Source: Candidatus Cloacimonadales bacterium
Lineage (GTDB): Bacteria > Cloacimonadota > Cloacimonadia > Cloacimonadales > JAFGVF01
Length of the DNA stretch: 64,000 nucleotides
Direction of reading: 5' to 3'
Assembly (NCBI GenBank): GCA_963667035.1
Contig: OY762964.1
Span: 1,184,001 to 1,248,000, forward strand
Shown: one piece after another, positions 19,994-29,640 of the stretch
Position numbering within the stretch: the stretch's first letter is position 1
Layout: every line of letters begins with the position of its first letter
Notes under the pieces: model-generated
Databases searched by the model: none
What the model was told of the DNA's origin: nothing
Seen by the model: only the letters and a program-made list of their open reading frames with translations
Position numbers and translations under genes: made by a program

Positions 19994-22234
19994 ATGAAGA
20001 CTCTTGTTCTTATTCTTATGCTCTCTGTTTCTCTTCTCCATGCAGTGATAATTGAAGTCAATGTTAATGGAAGTGGTGACCAGCCTACTATCCAATCTGC
20101 AATTGATTTTGCTCAGAATTATGATACAATCTTAGTGCATCCGGGTACATATTATGAAAATCTTTCGATTGTTGATAGAGAGATAACAATTATGAGTGAC
20201 TTTTTTAATACTAACAATCCTTTAGATATAGCCAATACAGTTATTGATGGAAATCGAGATGGTAGTGTGATTAGTGTCATTGATACAGATTGGCTCCAAA
20301 TTAACGGCTTCACAATTAGAAATGGATCAGGAGAAGTGCCATACACATATATTGTTGGTGGAGGGATCCATGCATCAAATTCACATATTACAGTTAAAAA
20401 TTGTCGTATAAAAAAAAATCGAGCAGATTTGGGTGGAGGGATCATGCTTACTGATTCCAACCTATACTTAGAAAGTAGTACCGTTACATCAAATATTGCT
20501 TATCATTTCGGTGGAGGAATCGCGATTAGTAACTCAGATGTAACTTTCCACGGTTCAAATCTCAATAATATCTATCTTAATTATGCTGGCTCGGGTAATG
20601 ATTTGTTTAGTACTTACAATAGTCCCTTACAGACAGTGATTGTGGATACTTTTACTGTCGCAAATCCGACTATCTACCATACTTTCCCCTCAAATGGGTA
20701 TTCAGTGCCAATAGAGCCCTTAGATAGTAGATTTAGTTTTTCAATTCAGAATCATGTTGTTGACGAGGTGGCTTCAGACCTCTATGTTTCTACCCTTGGT
20801 GATGATAATAATAGTGGTGAATCACCTGATTCCCCACTAAAAACAATTGCCTTCGCTATGCTCAAAGTTGATTCAGATAGCTTAGTACATAGGACAGTAC
20901 ATGTCGAGGATGGAGTCTACTCAGAAAGCTTGAATAATCAAATCTTTCCAATTCAACTAAGAGATAATGTTAGTATAGTCGGTGAATCAGATATGGGTAC
21001 AGTACTTGATGCCGAATCGATAACTGGCTTCTTCCGATCTACATATCAAGATAAAAATGTAGGGATTAGGAATTTCTCACTCATAAACGGATATAATAAT
21101 CAAGGAATCCATCTCCATCATGCAATTGATTTCCAAATAGATAATGTTGATATATCCAACTATGTTGGTTCAAGGGAAGCTGTTTACATGATTTACAGCA
21201 ATGGAGATGTAAACAACTTAAGAATCCATGACGGTACTTTTTGGGGTGCTCTTTCATTTCACTTTGTAGATGATTCAACAATTTCGAATACTAGAATATT
21301 TAATAATACTCAGTTTGCTGCAGAAAATGTCTTTAGCCATTTTAGTTTAGCATTAAGCTCTTATAATGGCAGTTTGATGAACATTGTCAACTCAGAGATA
21401 GTAAACAATACAGAGACATACTCTGATTGGAATAGAAGTGGAGTGGCATTAACTTTATCTTCAGGAGGATATCCAACTCCTGCAAGTTGCAATTTAGTAA
21501 ATTCAACTATAGCAAACAACAGTGCAAACTCCATCTGGGGAGCAGCCATTTCAGTTTCTACGGTCTCAAAACTTAACATTGTTAACTCCATTGTATATGG
21601 AAATACTCCCTATCAGATTGTCTTGAATAATGAGACCTATCAGGAATCTTTGTTTGTGAGTAACTCTTTAATTCAGGGTGGAGAGGAAAACATAGGTATG
21701 CTTGGGGAAGGCTTTGTTGATTGGCAGGATAATAATCTCACGGATAATCCCATGTGGGATGTTGATGATGGCTACTACTTCCTTTCAACTCTTTCCCCTG
21801 CAGTAGATGCGGGAACAACAATAATGCCCGAAGGAGTGCAACTTCCTGAATATGATTTGACCGGATATGCCCGTATCTATGGAGACCAAATAGATATTGG
21901 ATGTCATGAATGGAATCCAGTTTATATAGATGAAGATATATTGGTACACTCTCAACAAGAAACATATCTATACAATGCATACCCCAATCCATTTAATCCT
22001 GAAACTACAATTTCCTTTGACTTACCGGTCAGAGGTAAGACCGAATTAAGTATTTTTAATATCAGAGGTCAGAAGATAACTACTCTTATCAATGAAGAGA
22101 TGAGTATGGGACATCATTCCATCATTTGGGATAGTAAAGATAACAATGGAAAAAGTGCTCCATCAGGTGTCTACTTCTATCGTTTGAAAACAAACGACAA
22201 AGCCTTGACTAAAAAAATTATGCTACTCAAATAA
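19994..22234 (+). CDS. Secreted beta-helix protein paralog C
   Basis: Same architecture as A and B; GAGG RBS. Confidence 0.85.
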   Translation: MKTLVLILMLSVSLLHAVIIEVNVNGSGDQPTIQSAIDFAQNYDTILVHPGTYYENLSIVDREITIMSDFFNTNNPLDIANTVIDGNRDGSVISVIDTDWLQINGFTIRNGSGEVPYTYIVGGGIHASNSHITVKNCRIKKNRADLGGGIMLTDSNLYLESSTVTSNIAYHFGGGIAISNSDVTFHGSNLNNIYLNYAGSGNDLFSTYNSPLQTVIVDTFTVANPTIYHTFPSNGYSVPIEPLDSRFSFSIQNHVVDEVASDLYVSTLGDDNNSGESPDSPLKTIAFAMLKVDSDSLVHRTVHVEDGVYSESLNNQIFPIQLRDNVSIVGESDMGTVLDAESITGFFRSTYQDKNVGIRNFSLINGYNNQGIHLHHAIDFQIDNVDISNYVGSREAVYMIYSNGDVNNLRIHDGTFWGALSFHFVDDSTISNTRIFNNTQFAAENVFSHFSLALSSYNGSLMNIVNSEIVNNTETYSDWNRSGVALTLSSGGYPTPASCNLVNSTIANNSANSIWGAAISVSTVSKLNIVNSIVYGNTPYQIVLNNETYQESLFVSNSLIQGGEENIGMLGEGFVDWQDNNLTDNPMWDVDDGYYFLSTLSPAVDAGTTIMPEGVQLPEYDLTGYARIYGDQIDIGCHEWNPVYIDEDILVHSQQETYLYNAYPNPFNPETTISFDLPVRGKTELSIFNIRGQKITTLINEEMSMGHHSIIWDSKDNNGKSAPSGVYFYRLKTNDKALTKKIMLLK

Positions 22235-22283
22235 ACCTTTAAAATGGTCTTTTGGTCTTCTAAATGGTTGATTAGATATTAAT

Positions 22284-22473
22284 ATGGGCAGGTCTTTTGC
22301 CTGCCCGTTTCTAGATTTTGGGAGTGCATCGTCTTTGTCGATGCTTTAGTTGATGTACTCTTTTGTATGTCAACCACACTTAATAGATATTCGTTCAAGA
22401 GGAGCGATAACAATGTGTTTTGGAACGCAGGCATCTTGCCTGTTAAGTATGCGGACAGGGATGTCCGCGTTCC
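22284..22473. repeat. Cluster of GC-rich palindromes including a REP-like inverted doublet
   Basis: ATGGGCAGG...CCTGCCCGT (22284-22308), GCATCG...CGATGC (22326-22344), GGAACGCAGGCATCTTGCCTG...GCGGACAGGGATGTCCGCGTTCC (22422-22473). Confidence 0.7.
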
Positions 22474-22492
22474 CGGTAACAAAGCAGGAACT

Positions 22493-24904
22493 ATGAATAA
22501 ATTATTATTATTTCTTATGATTATGTCAGTATTATGTATGCTGAATGCAACGACTCTCGAAGTCTCACTTGATGGTACTCATCCATACACTACTATCCAA
22601 TCAGCTGTTTATGCTTCCTCGAATGGCGATACTGTTCTCGTTCATCCGGGGAGATACATTGAGAATATTGACTTTATTGGTAAAAGCATAACAGTCTCTA
22701 GTGATTATCTTAATAATCCTGACTGGAGCATTGTTGAATCTACTATTATTGATGGGAATCAAGAATCCAGCTGTGTCATTGCAATAGATTATGAAATCGA
22801 CGCAAGACTTAATGGCTTTAGCCTTACAAATGGGTATGGATATGATGATATAAGGTTTGGTGGAGGGATCTTTCAGAAAAGACAAAGTGTACTATCAGTT
22901 TCAAACTGCTTGATTGTTGGTAATGAGGGCTTGAATGGTGGAGGAATTTATACAGGGAATAATTGTATTACTTACTTATCAGGAAGTATTATTAAGAATA
23001 ATCAATCTTCTCGATCAGGGGGTGGTTTATCTATTAATACATCTAATATCAATTTTGACCCCGTAAACATAAACAGTATTTTCAATAACTACGGCAACAT
23101 CCAGGATATTTATATCTATAATTCAGTTTGTAACGATATTGTTCTTGATACTTTGAGTGTAGATATCTCTGCACCGGATGGATACTTTGTTTCCTACAAT
23201 CATTATAGCGAACCGGCACCTTCTATCTCAAGTAACAACCACTACATCACCCAAGTTGATTCTGATCTATTCGTATCTCCGGTTGGAGATGATAGTAATG
23301 ATGGCTTAACACCAGAAACAGCCTTAAAAACAATCGCCTATGCAACAAGAATAATTCAACCCAATGAGGTGAATCCCAATACAGTATTTCTTCTTCCGGG
23401 AATATATAGCAAAGAGTTGAATAATCAATTCTTTCCTGTGGCTGTTCAATCTCACACTAAGCTATTGGGGGCAGGTGAAGCTTCATCTGAAGTAATTATA
23501 GGTGATGAGTGGAATAATAATACTATATCTGTTTGGTATGCTGAGCATGTGGACGTTGGTAATTTTCATATTAGGAAAAACAATATGTACGATAATTATA
23601 CTCTTAGTGTTAATGAATGTGAAGATATTATTATCAGAGATATTGATTTTGGTGAAGCTCAAACTAATAAGCCTGGGTTAACTGTATCTCAGTCAATAGA
23701 TATAGAATTAAGTAACTGTAGTTTTCATGATATAGTGGGTAATTATCGTTTTAAATGTGTAAAAACTTATTTAAGTAAAGTAACTCTTAATAATGTGTTA
23801 CTACATGATAATAATAGTAATTCTTCTAATGGATATGTATCCTGCCTTGATTTTGACGATAGCACTATAACTGCAAACAATATCATTGTCGCTAACAATT
23901 ATCAAGACTATCCAGGAGGTTTAGTTCAGTATAGCAATACAGCGAATAATTCTATTGGTGAAAATCTGAATTTATCCAATTTTCTTATGTACAATAACAC
24001 ATCAACCAGTAGTATACTTCCAATGTTAATATTCTTCAATAGGTATGATCCCAGTTACATTAGTAATATGACAATTGTGCATAATATAGGAACAAACCAA
24101 GTTCTCAGACTCGCAGGTGACTATACAATAAGAAATAGTATCTTATATAACCCTAATGCGGGTCCGGAACTAAACATCTGGGAACCAAGTTCCGGTGATT
24201 CAAATCCAACTTATTCAAATGTCGATGCAGATTACAACCTCATTCGTGGTGGAATCAGTAGCATTAACGGTGCTGATAATCCCAATAATACTCTTACCTG
24301 GGGTCCTCACAACATTGATACAGACCCGTTATTCCGTGGTGATGTATATGGTGATGTGGAACTTGAAGATATTAGATGGGTACAACTAACTGAGAACTCT
24401 CCATGTGTGAATGCAGGTACACCGGATACTCTCGGGATGAATCTACCTCCCATAGATATTACAGGTAATCCTAGAGTGTGGGATAATATAATCGATATGG
24501 GTGCTTATGAATACAATGCCACTCCTAACAGTGATGAAACAGCTCCAACACCACCTACGACAATACAGGTGTCTCATTTTCCTAATCCTGTGACACCGAA
24601 TGGTAGTAACGGAAAAGTAGCATTTATTGAGTTTACTCTACCGAATAAACCGATAGAGAAACCAACGTTAGAGATATACAATATCAAAGGTCAGAAGGTA
24701 CGAAGTATTAAGATAACTCAGAGTTTCTCTGCCCTTGTCCGCTCTGCCCGACTCTCCGCAGAAGAGAAGCAGTCAGGTGAGATGTATTCCCAGATATGGG
24801 ATTGTAAAGATGATAACCGGAAGCTTGTTGGTTCCGGGATATATTTTTATAAAGTGAGTAGTGAAGGTGAAGAAGCAATAGGGAAAATGATGGTGATTAA
24901 GTAA
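22493..24904 (+). CDS. Secreted beta-helix protein D (more distant paralog; variant CTD)
   Basis: Signal peptide MNKLLLFLMIMSVLCMLNA starts at 22493 after AGGA; LFVSPVGDDSNDG, SPCVNAG...IDMGAYE, FPNP CTD. Confidence 0.85.
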   Translation: MNKLLLFLMIMSVLCMLNATTLEVSLDGTHPYTTIQSAVYASSNGDTVLVHPGRYIENIDFIGKSITVSSDYLNNPDWSIVESTIIDGNQESSCVIAIDYEIDARLNGFSLTNGYGYDDIRFGGGIFQKRQSVLSVSNCLIVGNEGLNGGGIYTGNNCITYLSGSIIKNNQSSRSGGGLSINTSNINFDPVNINSIFNNYGNIQDIYIYNSVCNDIVLDTLSVDISAPDGYFVSYNHYSEPAPSISSNNHYITQVDSDLFVSPVGDDSNDGLTPETALKTIAYATRIIQPNEVNPNTVFLLPGIYSKELNNQFFPVAVQSHTKLLGAGEASSEVIIGDEWNNNTISVWYAEHVDVGNFHIRKNNMYDNYTLSVNECEDIIIRDIDFGEAQTNKPGLTVSQSIDIELSNCSFHDIVGNYRFKCVKTYLSKVTLNNVLLHDNNSNSSNGYVSCLDFDDSTITANNIIVANNYQDYPGGLVQYSNTANNSIGENLNLSNFLMYNNTSTSSILPMLIFFNRYDPSYISNMTIVHNIGTNQVLRLAGDYTIRNSILYNPNAGPELNIWEPSSGDSNPTYSNVDADYNLIRGGISSINGADNPNNTLTWGPHNIDTDPLFRGDVYGDVELEDIRWVQLTENSPCVNAGTPDTLGMNLPPIDITGNPRVWDNIIDMGAYEYNATPNSDETAPTPPTTIQVSHFPNPVTPNGSNGKVAFIEFTLPNKPIEKPTLEIYNIKGQKVRSIKITQSFSALVRSARLSAEEKQSGEMYSQIWDCKDDNRKLVGSGIYFYKVSSEGEEAIGKMMVIK

Positions 24905-25234
24905 GAAAAGAGTTTTAAACCACGAACCACACCAAATACACGAATACAACGTCCTAGATAGAGTAGATACATAGATAAATGAGAGATATTAAAGATTTAC
25001 AGAAAATGAAACAGAAGATAGCAATATGTTTTTGTGAAGTATTTAAACCAAAAGTATAACTCTAACAAAAAAGATGATAATGATGAAGTAAGGTGTATGT
25101 TGGCTGATATTTCGTCAATTGTGAAAGTTACAGCTTGATTAAGCTTTTTGAAAGACATTGCGGATGAAGACTGTTCCTCTAGCCTCACCTGACATAGTTT
25201 GTATCGACTTGCCGATTCGGAGCTAGAAAGCGAA

Positions 25235-25436
25235 GATTTCAAATCAATTGTTGGAGATATTATGAATCAAATGGTGACTTCCGATAAAATACCCGGTAGA
25301 GATAGAATTTATGTAGCGGGGGAGAAAATGCCATAAGGGTAAAAAAGATGGTGTTCCAATTGTGCCTAATCTTAAGAAAGATATTGAAGTTATGCAAAAA
25401 GAACTTAAAATTGATATGATTAAGTTTGATTAACAC
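25235..25436 (+). pseudogene. Direct repeat B: decayed duplicate of the 3' end of the Ldh2-family gene
   Basis: Matches 9150-9362 except a 10-bp deletion (GGAATACTAT), a 1-bp deletion in an A run and about 3 substitutions. Confidence 0.93.
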
Positions 25437-25479
25437 ATAGTATATTGATTTGAAACCGAAGGATTTACTCCGGCTTTTT

Positions 25480-25956
25480 TTATGTTTTCATAATTTTGTA
25501 GTAGAAAAAGTCCTCATTGTTACATTTTGATTCATCTTTAACAAATCCACATTTCTTCTCATAGAAGTAGTGATTCTTCTCTGCAAAAGCAGGTGTCTCA
25601 AGTCTCCATGATAATGTATCAGGATACCTGTCTTCAATATGTTTCCAAATACTACTACCATAACCCTTATCCTGATAATCCGGGTCTATAAATACTGTTC
25701 CCAGTATATTATTTTTATCAGAGACAATCCAGACAATGTAGGCTCCAATAATTATGTCATTAATCATAACTACATCTGCTTGTGTAAGTGTCTGACCGAA
25801 ATACCATGTTCTAAAAAAATCTCCATTATCATATCCGGGAGGACCACCTTCCGGTATACCCAAATGCTTCATTGAATCATCATCAAATGCTCTTTTCATA
25901 ACATAACTGACAGCATCTAAATCTTCAAGTTCCATTTTTCTGTACTTTAAACTCAT
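25480..25956 (-). CDS. GNAT-family N-acetyltransferase
   Basis: FIDPDYQDKGYGS acetyl-CoA motif; N...FYEKKCGF. Confidence 0.88.
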   Translation of the reverse strand: MSLKYRKMELEDLDAVSYVMKRAFDDDSMKHLGIPEGGPPGYDNGDFFRTWYFGQTLTQADVVMINDIIIGAYIVWIVSDKNNILGTVFIDPDYQDKGYGSSIWKHIEDRYPDTLSWRLETPAFAEKNHYFYEKKCGFVKDESKCNNEDFFYYKIMKT

Positions 25957-25967
25957 AAATCCCTCGT

Positions 25968-26006
25968 AAAAAACTAAGTCTACTTGGATTCAAGTAGACT
26001 TAGTTT
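25968..26006 (-). terminator. Intrinsic terminator after ferritin
   Basis: 16-bp stem AAACTAAGTCTACTTG-gatt-CAAGTAGACTTAGTTT, ending in a T run on the minus strand. Confidence 0.8.
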
Positions 26007-26019
26007 GTTATTGTTTATT

Positions 26020-26529
26020 CTATGCTCCGGTTGGAGCAACAAATGTTCTGGAAGCTAACTCCTTGTCCATCATATAAAGAGTATGAGGATTAGCTTGAAC
26101 CATCTTTAATGTTGTAAGTAGTTTATCTACGTTTGCTTCTTCTTCAACTTGTTCATCGATATACCATTGTAAGAAGCTCTTCGCAGCATGGTCTTTTTCT
26201 TCAATTGCAATATTCATAAGATTGTTAATGCAATCGGTAATGAATCTCTCATGCTCAAGCGTCAGTTCAAACACATGGATTACATCATTAAATTCATTAT
26301 CAGGTTTGTCGATTGCTTGAAGCTCAATAGTACCACCACGTTCTACAATATAATCAAACAGTTTCATAGCATGGAAGCTTTCTTCTTCATATTGCACGTG
26401 CATCCAGGTTGCAAAACCATCAAGGTTCTGGCTTTTGAACCAGGCTGACATAGACAGATATAGATAAGCTGAGTAAAGCTCTCTGTTTATCTGATCATTT
26501 ATTTCTTTCTCTAACTTTTTAGTTATCAT
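26020..26529 (-). CDS. ftnA: Non-heme ferritin
   Basis: QINRELYSAYLYLSMSAW, EEESFHA, HERFIT, FLQWYIDEQVEEE ferroxidase residues. Confidence 0.93.
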   Translation of the reverse strand: MITKKLEKEINDQINRELYSAYLYLSMSAWFKSQNLDGFATWMHVQYEEESFHAMKLFDYIVERGGTIELQAIDKPDNEFNDVIHVFELTLEHERFITDCINNLMNIAIEEKDHAAKSFLQWYIDEQVEEEANVDKLLTTLKMVQANPHTLYMMDKELASRTFVAPTGA

Positions 26530-27710
26530 TATTCCTCCTTAAATTCTTTGATTTTTTCGCTCACTCTTTCAGTGATTGAATCCAAATCAGCTTGTTCCGG
26601 TATATACTGATAGCGAATCTTATCCATTACAGTAAATCCACATTCTTTTAAATAATTCTCCACTATACCTACTGCTTGACCACCCCAACCATACGAACCG
26701 AAAGCTAATCCGATTCTGTCTTGTGGGCTTAATCCTTTCATATAAGTTAAGAAAGAAGCAACAGTTGGCAAGATACCATTATTTAGAGTAGGTGAACCAA
26801 CACAAATATACTTCGCAGTAGCTACTTCGGTCATAACATCGGAAATATGGTCATTCTGTAGGTTAACCATTCTTACATATATACCGGCATGATTAAATGC
26901 TCTTTGAATTGCATAAGCCATCTTTCTTGTTGACTCCCACATTGTATCATATACAATAAGAGCATAGTTTTCATCTGCTTCATTATGTGAAAGCATATGA
27001 TATTCTTCTAAGATTTCTTTAATATATTTTTCCCAGATAAGTCCATGGCTTGGACAAATCATTTCAATATCTAGTGTTTTAACTATTTCAAGTGCTTTGA
27101 CTACCATCTTCCTAAAAGGAAGTACAATGTTAGCAAAATACTTTCTGGCTTCTTGCATGATAATACTAAATGGATACTCCGAATCAACTCGTTGGGAAGA
27201 AGCAATGTGCTGACCGAAAGAATCATTTGAGAAGAGTATTTTCTCTTCAGGACAGTATGTTACCATGTTGTCAGGCCAGTGAATCATAGGAGTTGGAACA
27301 AATTGCAAGGTTCTCTTTCCTAAAGAAATACTATCTCCACCGTTTACAATCTCAAGATTGAAATCTTTCTTGTACATTAATTTGAGAGCTTTATCCGCAT
27401 TTCCTGTTGCATAAATCTTTGCATTAGGAATTAATTCGGTAAGCATTGGAAGTCCACCTGAATGGTCTCCTTCCACATGATTTTGGACAATAATATCTAT
27501 CTTAGAAGGGTCTATTATCTTAGAGATTCTCTCAAGCATTTCCGGATACAGTTTAGCTTTAACATTATCAATGAGTGTAACTTTCTCATCAATAATCAAA
27601 TATGCATTGTAAGTAGAACCTCTTTGGGTTAAGTATCCATGGAAATTTCTTAAATCCCAATCAATAACTCCAACCCAATAAACTCCTTTTCTAAGTTCTC
27701 TTGGTAACAT
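26529..27710 (-). CDS. fprA: Flavodiiron protein FprA (metallo-beta-lactamase plus flavodoxin)
   Basis: GSTYNAYL, HVEGDHSG, HWPD, FSNDSFGQH, PSHG, GSPTLNN, FGSYGWGG. Confidence 0.93.
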   Translation of the reverse strand: MLPRELRKGVYWVGVIDWDLRNFHGYLTQRGSTYNAYLIIDEKVTLIDNVKAKLYPEMLERISKIIDPSKIDIIVQNHVEGDHSGGLPMLTELIPNAKIYATGNADKALKLMYKKDFNLEIVNGGDSISLGKRTLQFVPTPMIHWPDNMVTYCPEEKILFSNDSFGQHIASSQRVDSEYPFSIIMQEARKYFANIVLPFRKMVVKALEIVKTLDIEMICPSHGLIWEKYIKEILEEYHMLSHNEADENYALIVYDTMWESTRKMAYAIQRAFNHAGIYVRMVNLQNDHISDVMTEVATAKYICVGSPTLNNGILPTVASFLTYMKGLSPQDRIGLAFGSYGWGGQAVGIVENYLKECGFTVMDKIRYQYIPEQADLDSITERVSEKIKEFKEE

Positions 27711-27730
27711 AATTCCTCCATTAATCTATA

Positions 27731-28528
27731 TTATTTTTGACATTTATCGCAATAGAACGTTGATCTTCCGGCTTGCTTAATCCTTTGTACCTTGTGACCT
27801 AATGGACATACCTTTTTTTGGTAAACCCTTAGAAAATTCTGAAATGAGCCTGGTTTATCATCAACATTCCGGAAATCAGAAACACTGGTCCCATTATGTA
27901 ACAATGCTTCAGATATTACTTCCTTTGTATATTCAATTACTCTTTTCAATTCTGAATTAGTCAATGTATTTCCTGCTTTTAATGGTGAGATTTTGGCTCT
28001 ATACAGAAGTTCACATACATATATATTACCCAGTCCGGCTACAATATCCTGTCTTAGAAGAATATTCTTAATTGGTGCTTTCAGTTTTTTTAGTGAATCT
28101 TTTAAATAGCTTTCATTAAACTCAGATGATAAAGGCTCAGGGCCAAGCTTTAGAATTGAGGGGTCTGTCATGTCTTTAGGGAATATTTTTATAGAGCCAA
28201 ACGTTCTAATATCTTCGAATTGCAGAGATGTTTTATCTGAAAATCTAATAATGGCTCTAGTATACGGGGTTATTCTTTCATCCGAGACATATACAAGCTT
28301 ACCTGTCATTCTTAAATGGATAACAATAGTATTCTCGTTGCTAAGCTCAAAGATTATATATTTCCCACGCCTTTTAATATCTGTTATAGTACAATTATTG
28401 CATGAATCATCAGGAGTGTGTACTTCAACTGTATTATCTCTTAATTCTTCAATATGACTAATACTTTTACCTATAACATAATCTCTTAGTCCTCTGACTA
28501 TTGTATCTACTTCCGGTAGTTCCGGCAT
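27731..28528 (-). CDS. mutM: Formamidopyrimidine-DNA glycosylase
   Basis: N-terminal PELPEV, RRGKY, HLRMTG, LGPEPL, AGLGNIY, C-terminal zinc finger. Confidence 0.95.
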   Translation of the reverse strand: MPELPEVDTIVRGLRDYVIGKSISHIEELRDNTVEVHTPDDSCNNCTITDIKRRGKYIIFELSNENTIVIHLRMTGKLVYVSDERITPYTRAIIRFSDKTSLQFEDIRTFGSIKIFPKDMTDPSILKLGPEPLSSEFNESYLKDSLKKLKAPIKNILLRQDIVAGLGNIYVCELLYRAKISPLKAGNTLTNSELKRVIEYTKEVISEALLHNGTSVSDFRNVDDKPGSFQNFLRVYQKKVCPLGHKVQRIKQAGRSTFYCDKCQK

Positions 28529-28620
28529 TTATTCTCCTGTTTTTTAGTTAAGATAAGCAAACATTGATATAATGCCAGAACAAATATGTAATTTCTTACA
28601 TAGTTTTGGTTATATAAGTT

Positions 28621-29640
28621 CTATTTGCTACAAATTTGGTATATTAGAGTAGTAATAAGTATTTTGGGATTTGTGCTGATTGATTTTAGTTTCTTATCAC
28701 AATCATACATTAGAGATAAAGCATTGCGTATTTCTAAAGTTGAGTAATTATCTGCAGCTTTTATTCTATCAAGTCTGAAGAGCTTATAAATATCATGTAG
28801 ATGATTCTCCATAATCTCATTATCTGATAAGTCTTTCTCTCTTAGGGCATGAATTTTCCATAAAGTAAGAAAATATCGGGAAACCATTGTAACTATCATC
28901 ACAGCAGAATCACCGACATTCTCAAAATCTTCAATTATTGAGATAGATTGCTTCACATTCCTTTTCCCGATACTATTCTGTAAATCAAATACATTACTTT
29001 CACTTGAAATAGCTATACATTCTTTTACATCTTCGAGTGATATATAATTCTTTTTCCCTACATATAGCAGAACTTTCTCAAGCTCATTGTTTGCAGTAAA
29101 GTAATCTAGTTTGATATGAGATGACAAATACTGTAAAGCAGAGGTTTCAATTCTTACTTCTTTATCTCTTAATTCATCTCTTATCCATCTGGATAAAGCT
29201 TCGGCATTGTAAGGTGTCTTACATTGAATGATAGATGAATTTGTTTGGAATGCCTTATAAAGCTTTGATCTTGCATCTAGTTTAATGGCAGTAACAATCA
29301 GAATTGTACTATATGACGGAGAGTTTAAATAGCTTATGAGATTATCATGCTGATTAGCTTTAAGCATATCTATATCCCTAACAACTACTACTCTCGTATC
29401 AGCAATGAAAGGCATGGTATCTGCTTGCTCAACAATATCAGAACCTGTACATTCATCACCGTAAAGAGTAATATAATCAAATTCCATAGCTTCTTTGGTT
29501 AGGAAGCGTTTCATAATGAGATTTAGAACTCTTTCTTTCAAGAATTCTTCATCTCCGATAACCAAGTAAACCGATTGAGCTTCAGATTTCGGAAACTCTC
29601 TCAAAAACTGATAGTGGGGAATAGCTTTATTAACTGCCAT
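28621..29640 (-). CDS. holA: DNA polymerase III subunit delta
   Basis: VYLVIGDEEFL, TMPFIADTRVVVV, NELEKVLLY, NVFDL; 339 aa. Confidence 0.88.
   Translation of the reverse strand: MAVNKAIPHYQFLREFPKSEAQSVYLVIGDEEFLKERVLNLIMKRFLTKEAMEFDYITLYGDECTGSDIVEQADTMPFIADTRVVVVRDIDMLKANQHDNLISYLNSPSYSTILIVTAIKLDARSKLYKAFQTNSSIIQCKTPYNAEALSRWIRDELRDKEVRIETSALQYLSSHIKLDYFTANNELEKVLLYVGKKNYISLEDVKECIAISSESNVFDLQNSIGKRNVKQSISIIEDFENVGDSAVMIVTMVSRYFLTLWKIHALREKDLSDNEIMENHLHDIYKLFRLDRIKAADNYSTLEIRNALSLMYDCDKKLKSISTNPKILITTLIYQICSK

Noticed and set aside
15422..22234. Diversity-generating retroelement behind paralog variation
   Set aside because: No reverse transcriptase in the window; differences are block-wise and not adenine-specific.
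11185..24904. Integron cassette array
   Set aside because: No integrase, and the junction hairpins lack the RYYYAAC...GTTRRRY attC ends.
24997..25242. 81-aa minus-strand ORF at the island edge
   Set aside because: No RBS or motif, low-complexity Ser-rich, overlaps the duplicated fragment.
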